Below are positions 17,037 through 26,007 of a stretch of DNA of 40,764 nt, in pieces (position 1 is the stretch's first letter; each line of letters starts with the position of its first letter). Both the position numbers and the translations under genes were made by a program. The notes under the pieces were generated by a model, which did not search any database, was not told the DNA's origin, and worked only from the letters and a program-made list of their open reading frames with translations. Origin of the DNA: an uncultured Bacillales bacterium (GTDB taxonomy: Bacteria > Bacillota_I > Bacilli_A > RFN20 > CAG-826); NCBI GenBank assembly GCA_903845135.1, contig CAIMWL010000117.1, forward strand, positions 1-40,764. The letters run 5' to 3'.

Positions 17037-18813
17037 CTTGATTTTCTCCTTGGTTTAATTCTGGTTTCGCTTGTTTATGTAACTCTTTAATGATTCGCGC
17101 TTGTTCGGGTTCTGATTTGCCAGCAATACTGACCTTCATTTGATGGGTTTTTACAAGTTTATCGCGTTCCTCATTGAGGGTCTTAAGGTAATCCAATAAT
17201 TGCTGTTTATCCGCCCTCGGAAGGTTTTTCTCAGTCATTAATTCAGCGATCGTATTGATGATTTTTTGCTGATCTTTGCCTCCAGTTAAGCTAATGTGAT
17301 TGATTAAGGATTGATGATCTGGCGGATCACTTTGATAAATCTCCATAAAGTAATTTGCGATTTGTCGATAAATATCATCATGAAAGAATTTCACATCCGC
17401 TTGATATAACGCAATCGCATCCTGACTTTGAAACATATTAAATAAAATTGCCTTTTCCGCACGCTTTAAACGGTTTAAGACTTTGGCTTCAGGGCGATAA
17501 GTATCAAAATAATTTTCATCCGATGTTTGAAGTGACTGCAGTGAGGCTTGTAAATCTTTCAACGCAAAGTTTGTGATTTGCCCTAATCTTTTTAAATAAT
17601 CAATTTGTTCTAATGCCGGTGTATTGGCAATTAAAGGTAGCATCCGATTAATAAAAGATACCCGCTGTTCCGTCGATGTTAACGGTAATACTTTTTGATA
17701 AAAGTGGAAACTAAAATCCATTTTAGGGACCAAGTGGTTAAGATACTGGGTCAAGCCTTTTTCACCATCTGTTAATAAAATTTCATCCGCATCTCGCGTT
17801 TCTTGATCGGCGATGACAAACCGAAAGGCGACATTTGCCTTACTTAAAGGTTGAATCATTTTCATCATTGCCGTTTGTCCGGCCTCGTCTTGATCTAAGC
17901 AAATCCTAATCTCGACCCCAAGGGATTGAAGTAACTTAATATGCTGAGAGGTTACGGCGGTTCCCATCAACGCAATTGCTTGAGGAATATTCGCCCGATG
18001 TAAGGCAATCACATCCATGAACCCTTCCATTAAGTAAACATAACCAGCCCGTTTACTTGCAAGTTTAACTTGATGATAATTGTAAAGGATTTGCCCTTTC
18101 GTAAAGATTGGTGAATCCGTGGAATTAACGTATTTAGCCTGGCCTTCAATGTTGTCTAATAACCGTCCAGAAAATCCGACAACTCGACCATCTCGATTAT
18201 GAATCGGAAAGATAATTCTTCCGGCGAGACGATCGACTTGCTGATTACTACTGGCTGTAATCCCGAGCGATTCAATCACATTCCGCAAATGTCCACGCTT
18301 AATTAAATATTGAATGGTGGTGACCCCATCTTTTAAGGCGTACCCAATTTTAAAGGTTTCTAAGATGGGTAAATCTAGGCCACGCTTCAATAAATAATCT
18401 CTCGCCAATTTTCCTTCTTCAGAAGCAAGACCAAAATGGTAGTATTCTAATAAATCTTCTAGGCATTTAAAGAAGGGTTCCAGTTTTTCATCTCTTTGAA
18501 TGCTTTGATCATTCATCTTTAATCTTGGATCCGTAAACCCAACCCAATCCGCGACTTTTTTAACTGCCAAGGGAAAGGTGATTTTTTCAAAGTTTTGCAC
18601 AAAAGTAATTGCCGAACCACCAGTCCCACAAACAAAGCACTTAAAAATCTGTTTATCTGGACTGATACTTAATGACGGATTCTTGTCATCATGAAAAGGA
18701 CATAGTGCCACAAAATTTCGACCCTTTTTGGTGACAGGAATATACCGAGAAACAATATTCGTAATATCCGTTTTCTTTAATAAATCATCAATCAATTGAC
18801 GATCAAAATTCAT
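17005..18813 (-). CDS. dnaG: DNA primase
   Basis: CPFH...CFVC zinc domain, RIIFPI, KY.NS, EGFMDV, DQDEAG TOPRIM. Start set at ATG 18813 (GGAGG 8 nt upstream; GTG 18819 is too close to the SD). Confidence 0.96.
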   Translation of the reverse strand: MNFDRQLIDDLLKKTDITNIVSRYIPVTKKGRNFVALCPFHDDKNPSLSISPDKQIFKCFVCGTGGSAITFVQNFEKITFPLAVKKVADWVGFTDPRLKMNDQSIQRDEKLEPFFKCLEDLLEYYHFGLASEEGKLARDYLLKRGLDLPILETFKIGYALKDGVTTIQYLIKRGHLRNVIESLGITASSNQQVDRLAGRIIFPIHNRDGRVVGFSGRLLDNIEGQAKYVNSTDSPIFTKGQILYNYHQVKLASKRAGYVYLMEGFMDVIALHRANIPQAIALMGTAVTSQHIKLLQSLGVEIRICLDQDEAGQTAMMKMIQPLSKANVAFRFVIADQETRDADEILLTDGEKGLTQYLNHLVPKMDFSFHFYQKVLPLTSTEQRVSFINRMLPLIANTPALEQIDYLKRLGQITNFALKDLQASLQSLQTSDENYFDTYRPEAKVLNRLKRAEKAILFNMFQSQDAIALYQADVKFFHDDIYRQIANYFMEIYQSDPPDHQSLINHISLTGGKDQQKIINTIAELMTEKNLPRADKQQLLDYLKTLNEERDKLVKTHQMKVSIAGKSEPEQARIIKELHKQAKPELNQGENQDENQEKNAKK

Positions 18814-18846
18814 CAACACTACCTCCTTTCAAAAATCAATATAATA

Positions 18847-18879
18847 TACTAAATAAATACTAAATAACTACTAATAAAA
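18847..18879. repeat. Three 11-bp direct repeats TACTAAATAAA / TACTAAATAAC / TACTAATAAAA
   Basis: Read directly between glyQS stop and the dnaG SD. Confidence 0.7.
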
Positions 18880-20241
18880 TAATTTTACATTAAAATACCT
18901 AATTAAATCATCAATTGGCATTCTTAGTTGTTTCATGGAATCTCGATCCCGAATCGTGACACTTTGATCGTTTTGTGTATCAAAGTCTATCGTCACACAG
19001 AAGGGGGTCCCAATCATATCTTGCCGACGATAACGTTTACCGATACTACCAGACTCATCGGAAGTCACCATAAAGTGTTTGGATAAAATCGTCATCACTT
19101 CTTGGGCTTTTTCATTGAGTTGTTTACTTAACGGCAGAATAGCAATTTTATATGGGGCAATCGCAGGGTGTAATTTCAACACCACACGGGTATCATTTTC
19201 TAAGGTTTCTTCTTGATAAGCATCACTCAAGACCATTAAAGCAAGGCGGTCTAAACCAAGAGAGGGTTCAATGACATAAGGAATATATTTTTCATTGCTT
19301 TCCGGGTCGAGGTATTGCAAGTCTTCCTTGCTATATTGCATGTGTTGCTTTAAATCATAATCCGTTCGGGAAGCGATTCCCCAAACTTCTCCCCAACCAA
19401 AGGGAAATTGATATTCAATGTCTGAGGTTCCTTTGGAGTAAAAGGCTAATTCTTCAGGACTATGTTCACGAATTCTTAAATGTTTGCTTTGAATTCCTAA
19501 GGATGCTAAGTATTGCATACAAGCATCTTGCCAAAACTTATACCAAGAAGCTTCAGTACCTGGTTTACAGAAAAATTCTAATTCCATTTGCGAAAATTCT
19601 CTAGTTCTAAAAGTAAAATTCCCTGGGGTGATTTCGTTACGAAAGGCCTTTCCAACACTGGCAACTCCAAACGGCACCTTCTTCCGACTTGTTCGTTGGA
19701 TTGATTTAAAATTGACGAATACACCTTGGGCAGTTTCGGGTCTTAGATAAACGACAGTCTTAGCATCTTCAATAACGCCTATATGCGTTTTAAACATCAT
19801 ATTGAATTGCCGAATATCCGTAAAATCATGACTACCACATTTTGGACAGGCAATTTTTTCTGCCTTTAAAACGTTTCCGAGACCTTGAGCTGGAATTTTT
19901 GATACATCTAAGTTTGGTTTGGCAGCAGCAATTAATTGGTCGGCACGATGTCTAGTTTTACAATTTTTACAATCCACCAGTGGATCATTAAAGGTAGCAA
20001 CGTGACCCGTTGCTTCCCAAACCCTTGGATTCATCAGGATAGCAGAATCAATGCCGATATTCATAGGCGATTCTTGGACAAATCGCTTCCACCAAGTCTT
20101 TTTAAGATTATTAATCAATTCGACGCCAAGAGGACCGTAATCCCACGTATTTGATAATCCCCCATAGATTTCTGATCCTTGAAAGACAAATCCAGTACTG
20201 GTTAAATGCGTGACTAGTTTTTCAAATGTTAATGCATTCAT
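18871..20241 (-). CDS. glyQS: Glycine-tRNA ligase (homodimeric type)
   Basis: EIYGG, YGPLG.EL, LRPETAQG.FVNF, FRNEI.P, FR.REF.QME, IEPS.G.DR, SIGKRYRRQD.IGTP. Confidence 0.96.
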   Translation of the reverse strand: MNALTFEKLVTHLTSTGFVFQGSEIYGGLSNTWDYGPLGVELINNLKKTWWKRFVQESPMNIGIDSAILMNPRVWEATGHVATFNDPLVDCKNCKTRHRADQLIAAAKPNLDVSKIPAQGLGNVLKAEKIACPKCGSHDFTDIRQFNMMFKTHIGVIEDAKTVVYLRPETAQGVFVNFKSIQRTSRKKVPFGVASVGKAFRNEITPGNFTFRTREFSQMELEFFCKPGTEASWYKFWQDACMQYLASLGIQSKHLRIREHSPEELAFYSKGTSDIEYQFPFGWGEVWGIASRTDYDLKQHMQYSKEDLQYLDPESNEKYIPYVIEPSLGLDRLALMVLSDAYQEETLENDTRVVLKLHPAIAPYKIAILPLSKQLNEKAQEVMTILSKHFMVTSDESGSIGKRYRRQDMIGTPFCVTIDFDTQNDQSVTIRDRDSMKQLRMPIDDLIRYFNVKLFY

Positions 20242-20273
20242 GCCTTAATTAATTCCTTTCGCACACGAAAATC

Positions 20274-20302
20274 ATTTTCTCAATTTCATCAATTTATGTC
20301 AA
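20274..20302 (-). promoter_or_regulatory. Possible promoter of glyQS
   Basis: Perfect TTGACA (20297-20302), N17, weak -10 GAAAAT preceded by TG-A. Confidence 0.4.
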
Positions 20303-20318
20303 CCTACTATCAGTGTAT

Positions 20319-21029
20319 TTATTGAATTAATGTCTCAATCGTCTTAAAACCTTCTAGTTGAACATCGAGGTGAAAATTAAAGTGTTGATGAATCAAAGGT
20401 AATAATAATTTTAATGTGGAATTATTTACAGGTTCACCGAAAGGTATGGTTTTAAGCTTACGCATTAATACCAAGGCTTCAGCCGGCAACAGATGACTTG
20501 AAACTTTTGCCTGACAATTTTGACAAATAAAGCCACCTAACTGCGGATTGAGACCGACGATTTTTAACTTACTTTGACATTGAACGCAATAATCCACAAT
20601 CATAGGTACACCTTGAACATCAAGATATTGCAATAAGAAGGTTGTATAAGTAGATAATGCAGACTGCATACCGTTTCTGACGCCAACTAATCGCGGATAC
20701 ATCGAAGCAGCCATGTCTGCATTTTCATCTAATAATAGAATTTGCAGGATAACTTGCATGACGATGGAGGCAATCAAACCTTCTTGGTCAGGTAGGGGAG
20801 CAAATTTAATCAAATTTGCTTTTTCTAAATATGCTTTCTTTTTAGTTTCGTTGATGGTGAAATCGGACCAAGATCCTAAAGCCACCATCGCATGAAAAGG
20901 CGAAGTAATTTTTAATACCCCTCTAGCATGAATGGTTAAAAATCCTTCGGGTGACAAACCAGTTAGGATTAAATCAGCATTACGGTAAGGAGTTTGTCTT
21001 ACGATAAAGACTGGTAACGTTTTTAAAAT
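20319..21029 (-). CDS. recO: DNA repair protein RecO
   Basis: IVR..PY...D.I, CVQC...CQNC zinc motif, era-recO-glyQS order. Start proposed at ATT 21029 (see findings); ORF track uses TTG 21068. Confidence 0.85.
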   Translation of the reverse strand: MLKTLPVFIVRQTPYRNADLILTGLSPEGFLTIHARGVLKITSPFHAMVALGSWSDFTINETKKKAYLEKANLIKFAPLPDQEGLIASIVMQVILQILLLDENADMAASMYPRLVGVRNGMQSALSTYTTFLLQYLDVQGVPMIVDYCVQCQSKLKIVGLNPQLGGFICQNCQAKVSSHLLPAEALVLMRKLKTIPFGEPVNNSTLKLLLPLIHQHFNFHLDVQLEGFKTIETLIQ

Positions 21030-21895
21030 AAACCAAACTCCTTTAATCGATTGGGCGAATCTCGCCAATTGGGTTCAACTTTAATGAATAATTCTAAAGA
21101 TAAAGTAAGGCCCATATTTTTTTCTACTTGTTGCATCACTCGTTGGCGAATTTTCTTAAGCATGCTTCCATTTTTGCCAATCAAAATCCCTTTTTGAGAA
21201 TCCTTTTCTACGACAATGGAAGCATATAAAGTGCGATGGTTATTTTCGGACTTGATTTGATCAATAACAATTGCCACACTATGAGGGATTTCTTCATAAG
21301 TAAAGTGCAGAACTTGCTCGCGAATGGCCTCCATTAATTGAAAACTTTCGGGAAAGTTGGTTAAGACATCCTTGGGAAAGAAGGCAGGTCCAGTTTTTAA
21401 ATGTGGCTTAATTGCCAAGATTAAATCTTCAATAAATGTCTTTTTTAATGCAGATATTTCAAATTGGCTTGCTTGCGGTAAAACACTTGCATATGCTTTT
21501 TTAAGCGACTCAATCAAGGTGACATTGGTCAAATCAATTTTATTAAATACCACCATCACTTTAGGTAGGTGAAGCAAACGATTGACGATAAATTGGTCTC
21601 CAGAACCAAAAGCCTTACTCGCATCCACCAATAATAGAACCATATCAATATCTTGTAATGAAGCATACGCTTGGGCGTTCATAATTTCGCCAAGTCTGGC
21701 TTTCGGTTTATGGATACCGGGAGTATCTACAAAAACGATTTGTAAGTTTTTTTCGTGATAAACGCCTTGAATCGCTAATCTAGTCGTTTGAGGCTTATTA
21801 GAAACAATCGAGATTTTTTTACCAATAATCGCGTTAAGTAAAGTCGATTTTCCGGCGTTTGGTCTACCAATAATCGCCACAAAACCTGACTTCAT
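21023..21895 (-). CDS. era: GTPase Era
   Basis: GRPNAGKSTL, QTTR, DTPG, NKID, KH domain EEIPH...QKGILIGK. Confidence 0.97.
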   Translation of the reverse strand: MKSGFVAIIGRPNAGKSTLLNAIIGKKISIVSNKPQTTRLAIQGVYHEKNLQIVFVDTPGIHKPKARLGEIMNAQAYASLQDIDMVLLLVDASKAFGSGDQFIVNRLLHLPKVMVVFNKIDLTNVTLIESLKKAYASVLPQASQFEISALKKTFIEDLILAIKPHLKTGPAFFPKDVLTNFPESFQLMEAIREQVLHFTYEEIPHSVAIVIDQIKSENNHRTLYASIVVEKDSQKGILIGKNGSMLKKIRQRVMQQVEKNMGLTLSLELFIKVEPNWRDSPNRLKEFGLF

Positions 21896-22296
21896 TTTCG
21901 TAAATCCTTACTGGAAAAAGCATAAGGAAGTAAAGCCTCTGGAGAGACTTGTTTAATCTCTTTTTTAAGATTTGAGAGGAAAATTGGGGTTTTAGAATCC
22001 ATCAATTCATGGATTACTTGTCGGCAAGCACCACATGGTGAAATCGGTGCTGATGTTGGTCCGATCACCGCCATACTCACCATGTCAGCTTTTCGAAACC
22101 CTTTTAAATGAGCGTGATAAAGTGCGGTTCTTTCAGCACACATCGATAATCCATAGGAAGAGTTTTCAATATTTGCACCAGTTACAACCGTGCCATCTTT
22201 CATTAAAATCGCTGCCCCAACTTTAAAATTTGAATAAGGAACGTGACAATCTTTCGTTGCATCAATTGCCAATTGAATCAATTCTTCAGCTTTCAT
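21892..22296 (-). CDS. cdd: Cytidine deaminase
   Basis: PYSNFKVGAA, NIENSSYGL..CAE, PCGACRQ. Confidence 0.96.
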   Translation of the reverse strand: MKAEELIQLAIDATKDCHVPYSNFKVGAAILMKDGTVVTGANIENSSYGLSMCAERTALYHAHLKGFRKADMVSMAVIGPTSAPISPCGACRQVIHELMDSKTPIFLSNLKKEIKQVSPEALLPYAFSSKDLRK

Positions 22297-22739
22297 AATA
22301 GTTTCCTTCTTCCCAAGATTTTATCTTGAAGTTTAATCATCGATGCCTCTTCAGCTGGGGTGTCATGATGATACCCCAATAAATGCAGTAAACCATGAAC
22401 AAAAAGAAATGATAACTCCCGTTCACGGCTATGGCCAAACTGTTTTGCCTGCATGAATGCTTTTTGATAACTAATGATAATTTGACCAAGTAAAGTGCCT
22501 TGCTTAGTAGATTTTGGTGAATCCCATGCGAGAGGAAAACTTAAAACATCGGTTGGATAATCATGGTTTAAGAATTTAAAATTATAACGTTGAATCATTT
22601 TATTGGTCGTCATTAAGACATCCACAGAGGTATTGTTTGAAAATCCAATGACGGTTAAGGTTTTTTTTAATAAAAATAAATAGCGAGTTTCAAGCTGATA
22701 AGAATCAAGTGATTTAGGTGCAATTAGGTCGATTTTCAC
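22293..22739 (-). CDS. ybeY: Endoribonuclease YbeY
   Basis: PTDVLSF, LG.I.IS, HGLLHLLGYHH (H-x3-H-x5-H); GTG start. Confidence 0.93.
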   Translation of the reverse strand: MKIDLIAPKSLDSYQLETRYLFLLKKTLTVIGFSNNTSVDVLMTTNKMIQRYNFKFLNHDYPTDVLSFPLAWDSPKSTKQGTLLGQIIISYQKAFMQAKQFGHSRERELSFLFVHGLLHLLGYHHDTPAEEASMIKLQDKILGRRKLL

Positions 22740-22741
22740 TA

Positions 22742-23905
22742 TTATATTTTAACATAATCCTTGCTATTCAAAAACATAAAACCTAATTGTCTCCATTCTT
22801 TTTTTTCCTGGGAATAACGAAACAATTGCTGATGATAACTATAGTTAATCATCAAAATGGAAACCATAGTAAACCAAGTAATAAATGCCTCAAATTTATA
22901 GAATTGCTGATAAATCCATACCATCATGATGGCGGTCATCATCATTACGAACCACCATCCAAAGCGAAATCTCACCAACTGATAAACTCTATCCATCAAT
23001 TGTTGAAAGTCTTTGATGGGGATAAATGGATATTTTAACGACTGCTCTAATTTCCCTATTGCTTGGACTTCATGGTCCGAGACTAAATGCATATGACGTA
23101 TTGCTATGGCTACAATCGCATGGTAAATACCTAGCACCACTAGATAGGTTGGGGATGCAAAAAGCGTGTAAATGATAGTGCCAGTTAAAACTAACCAACG
23201 ATAAAGTTGATTTAAGGGCAATCCAAACCATCCCTGTTTCCATTGGTTAAACAGTTTAAATTGGTTGGCGTTATGGATTAAAGGTAAATAATATTTGATC
23301 ATCACTTGATCAATATGCTTCACTTGTCGATAAACATAACCTAACCAAGCTATCATGAATCCGATCATCAAACCTGCCATGAAAATCCAATCCATGGGTT
23401 GCCAAAACCAAATGATGATCGTTAAGGTGAACAAGAGATAACTACCTAGCCAAAATCGACTCATCCAAAGCTGATTCATTGGTAAGTCTGGTCGCATATG
23501 CGGCGCAAGATGTTTTACCATTAAAATATAACCACTGAATCCATCTTTAAAAAATGGATCTTTCACTTTTTGGTAAGCACCTTTGGGATCGAGAATATGA
23601 AAGCTTCCACCCTTGGGCACGACCGTAATGTAATGACTTTGGGGTTGCTTCATTAAAGCGATGAATGGTTTTTTTATGCCTCTTACGGAACTTGGATGAT
23701 GTAACTTATAACCTTTCAATGTCACACCAAAATGATTGGCAAACTCTAGTAGATTTTTAAAGGATGATGGTCGATCCCAAGTTTCTTGAATGAATAAAAA
23801 ACGCTCATCTTGATAAAGATACGCTAATAACATCTTTAAGGCGGTAGGGCCGCAATCAAGTAAACCTAACTGAGTCAAAGAATAAAACTGCTTCACGGTT
23901 ATCAA
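22742..23905 (-). CDS. C39-family cysteine peptidase domain plus about 6 TM helices, no ATPase domain
   Basis: Q-x5-C (TQLGLLDCGPTAL), SHYITV, HILDPKG match the C39 Gln/Cys/His/Asp set; hydrophobic C-half; no Walker A/B. Start uncertain (TTG 23905 or GTG 23896). Confidence 0.78.
   Translation of the reverse strand: MITVKQFYSLTQLGLLDCGPTALKMLLAYLYQDERFLFIQETWDRPSSFKNLLEFANHFGVTLKGYKLHHPSSVRGIKKPFIALMKQPQSHYITVVPKGGSFHILDPKGAYQKVKDPFFKDGFSGYILMVKHLAPHMRPDLPMNQLWMSRFWLGSYLLFTLTIIIWFWQPMDWIFMAGLMIGFMIAWLGYVYRQVKHIDQVMIKYYLPLIHNANQFKLFNQWKQGWFGLPLNQLYRWLVLTGTIIYTLFASPTYLVVLGIYHAIVAIAIRHMHLVSDHEVQAIGKLEQSLKYPFIPIKDFQQLMDRVYQLVRFRFGWWFVMMMTAIMMVWIYQQFYKFEAFITWFTMVSILMINYSYHQQLFRYSQEKKEWRQLGFMFLNSKDYVKI
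22746..22754 (-). promoter_or_regulatory. Extended -10 element, possible leaderless ybeY promoter
   Basis: TG-T-TAAAAT followed by 6 nt and the GTG start; no SD. Confidence 0.4.
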
Positions 23906-23911
23906 TAGTCA

Positions 23912-23937
23912 TAAAAAAAGGACCCTAGTAGGTCCTT
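23912..23937 (-). terminator. Intrinsic terminator after rpsU
   Basis: Minus strand AAGGACC-TACTAG-GGTCC-TTTTTTTT. Confidence 0.85.
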
Positions 23938-23944
23938 GATGAAG

Positions 23945-24118
23945 TTAATATTTTTTACGCAAAGCTTCTTTAGATTTTAATTTACGTTTGAGTCCTGGTT
24001 TGAGATAGAACTCACGTTTTCTTGCTTCTTGTAAGACGCCTGATTTATTTACTTGTCGTTTGAATCGACGGAGTGCTTCATCTAGCGATTCATTATCGCG
24101 AACGGGTGTTTTAGCCAT
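23945..24118 (-). CDS. rpsU: 30S ribosomal protein S21, 57 aa; not in ORF track
   Basis: Hand translation [57 protein letters not shown]; AAGGAGGT SD. Confidence 0.97.
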   Translation of the reverse strand: MAKTPVRDNESLDEALRRFKRQVNKSGVLQEARKREFYLKPGLKRKLKSKEALRKKY

Positions 24119-24150
24119 GGTGTTCCACCTCCTTACCCTAAATCTATTTT

Positions 24151-24179
24151 ATTATACGCATGCTTAATTTTGATAGCAA
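24151..24179 (-). promoter_or_regulatory. Sigma-A promoter of rpsU
   Basis: TTGCTA-N17-TATAAT. Confidence 0.7.
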
Positions 24180-24183
24180 TCAT

Positions 24184-24849
24184 TTAATACGCTTGGGTAC
24201 TAGTTTGGCCTTGAAGGATCTTTACACCTGAACTTGTACCGATTCTTGTCGCCCCAGCTTCAATCATCGCTTGCATTTCTGGTAATGAGCGTATCCCACC
24301 ACTTGCCTTTACTTGCAACTTGTCACCCACCGTTTTTTTCATTAATCGGACATGTTCAACCGTCGCCCCTCCTGTCGAAAAACCGGTAGAGGTTTTGACA
24401 AAGTCAGCTTTCGCTTCTTTTGCAATTTCACAGGCTTTGATTATTTCCTCATTGGTCAATAGGCATGTTTCTAAAATAACTTTAAGAATTCGTCCATTAC
24501 AAGCGTACTTAATTTCAGCAATTTCTAAATAAAGTTCATGAAATTTTTGTGCTTTTAACATAGAGATATTGATTACCATATCAATTTCATCCGCACCTTC
24601 AGCAATTGCTTTTTTGGTCTCAAAAACTTTGGTTTCTCGATGGTTTTGACCGAGAGGGAAACCAATCACCGTACAAACTTTCACGTTAGATTCAACTAAT
24701 TTTTGCTTAGCAAAACTGACAAAATGCGGTTGGATGCATACCGACATGAAGTCGAATTGCTTTGCTTCTTGACAAAGCGTTTCAATTTGCGAAAAGGTTG
24801 CGTCTTGTTTAAGTAATGTATGGTCAATGTATTTTGCGAGATATTGCAT
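24184..24849 (-). CDS. deoC: Deoxyribose-phosphate aldolase
   Basis: IDHTLL, VIGFPLG, GADEIDMV, LKVILET, FVKTSTG, VKASGGI, GATRIGTSSG. Confidence 0.97.
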   Translation of the reverse strand: MQYLAKYIDHTLLKQDATFSQIETLCQEAKQFDFMSVCIQPHFVSFAKQKLVESNVKVCTVIGFPLGQNHRETKVFETKKAIAEGADEIDMVINISMLKAQKFHELYLEIAEIKYACNGRILKVILETCLLTNEEIIKACEIAKEAKADFVKTSTGFSTGGATVEHVRLMKKTVGDKLQVKASGGIRSLPEMQAMIEAGATRIGTSSGVKILQGQTSTQAY

Positions 24850-24854
24850 AGATG

Positions 24855-24877
24855 AAAAATGCCCGTTAGGGCATTTT
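24855..24877 (-). terminator. Intrinsic terminator after rpmF
   Basis: AAAATGCCC-TAAC-GGGCATTTTT perfect 9-bp stem overlapping the rpmF stop. Confidence 0.75.
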
Positions 24878-25145
24878 ATTCTTTCTTTTCACCAGCGGTT
24901 TCTTTAGCTTTTTTTGCTTTTTTTGCTGGTTTTTTTTCAACTTCTTTAGCTGGGGTTTCTTTTACGGTTTCACCAACTTGAATCACTGATTTTTTCGCAT
25001 AAAAACCGCAGGAAGGGCAAACTGTGTGGGAGCGAATAAGTTTTCCACAATTACTGCAAGCGACTAAACTGGTTACTTTTAATTTAAAATGTGTCCGTCT
25101 TTTATCTCTTCTTGTTTTCGACGTCCGATGAAATGGCACTGCCAT
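24876..25145 (-). CDS. rpmF: 50S ribosomal protein L32 with C-terminal extension
   Basis: [21 protein letters not shown]...HTVCPSCG; AAGGAGGT SD. Confidence 0.96.
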   Translation of the reverse strand: MAVPFHRTSKTRRDKRRTHFKLKVTSLVACSNCGKLIRSHTVCPSCGFYAKKSVIQVGETVKETPAKEVEKKPAKKAKKAKETAGEKKE

Positions 25146-25171
25146 ATAACCACCTCCTTATTACCTAATGT

Positions 25172-25200
25172 ATTATAGGGTCAACCATACCTTGAGTCAA
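25172..25200 (-). promoter_or_regulatory. Sigma-A promoter of rpmF
   Basis: TTGACT-N17-TATAAT. Confidence 0.8.
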
Positions 25201-25209
25201 TCAAAAACA

Positions 25210-26007
25210 CTATTCACTTTCACGGCGAATAAAAGGTGCGTTTTGAATTTTTAACATCTTTGCTGCATATACAGACGAGAGTAATCCTTCTCTTTCACAA
25301 TCCTTAATAAATTGCTCTCGATTCACCAAAAAGTATCCTTTTAATGCTCGATCAATTCGATTATTTAGGTCATTAAGATTTGGGTTTTGAAGGTGTCGAT
25401 CAAAAATGGAGATACTTACATCTAGCCTACCTTGATGATTAATGATGAGGATTGTTCTAGAATATGGTTCAAAATACGCTTTTGCCGACCGATCTTGCTG
25501 ATTTAGGGTGATTAAAGACGTAAAGTTTGATGAAAATAATTGCCAATTAAATTGTTCAAAACCATCAATCACAGAGGCGGTAAACTCTGCCTCAAGTTGA
25601 TTATATGGGTAATCTAAAAGCTTGTCGGGTTCTTGGTGGTAGATGTAATTGAGAGCGCGATTAAAAAATGGCAGGATAATGGTTTGATTGGATGCATCAG
25701 AAAATTGAAATGTCATTGTGGAATGTTGAAGATATTGTTCCCGAATCCAGTGGTGTTTAATCCGTCCATATTCTTTGATTGAGATATTTGCTTGATGCGT
25801 GAGATAGTTTTCGATCGTATCTTTTTGAATCAATCCTCTCAAGATTATCACCGCTTTCACCATTGAAAAAACCGAGTTAGCTGAAAATAAATGGCTAAAG
25901 GATGGGTATTTGAGTAAACGATGTTTATGTTGAGTAAAAAAAATACCGTCTTTTGATGTTAAGAATCTTCTGGATTCTCTCCAAGTTTGAAATAGATAAT
26001 TTGCCAT
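25210..26007 (-). CDS. Hypothetical protein, 265 aa
   Basis: Fills the gap between rsmE and rpmF, ATG abuts rsmE stop, AGAGGA SD; no motif recognised. Confidence 0.8.
   Translation of the reverse strand: MANYLFQTWRESRRFLTSKDGIFFTQHKHRLLKYPSFSHLFSANSVFSMVKAVIILRGLIQKDTIENYLTHQANISIKEYGRIKHHWIREQYLQHSTMTFQFSDASNQTIILPFFNRALNYIYHQEPDKLLDYPYNQLEAEFTASVIDGFEQFNWQLFSSNFTSLITLNQQDRSAKAYFEPYSRTILIINHQGRLDVSISIFDRHLQNPNLNDLNNRIDRALKGYFLVNREQFIKDCEREGLLSSVYAAKMLKIQNAPFIRRESE

Noticed and set aside
16222-17058. Plus-strand ORFs of 107-116 aa opposite rpoD, and similar ones opposite dnaK (28452-28859, 29145-29459)
   Set aside because: Antisense shadows of conserved, codon-biased genes; no SD or motifs. 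The same applies to the other short overlapping ORFs in the track.
20242-20318. T-box riboswitch expected upstream of glyQS
   Set aside because: The gap is 77 nt, too short, and has no T-box or terminator sequence.
22751-22778. XerD-arm-like TTATGTTAAAA at the end of the C39 gene
   Set aside because: Inside coding sequence, poor left arm (TTTTTGAATAG) and a spacer unlike known dif spacers (CAAGGA); the same bases are explained by a possible ybeY -10 element.
24121-24136. TGTTCCAC resembling half of a parS site
   Set aside because: No second half; the bases are the complement of the rpsU SD region.
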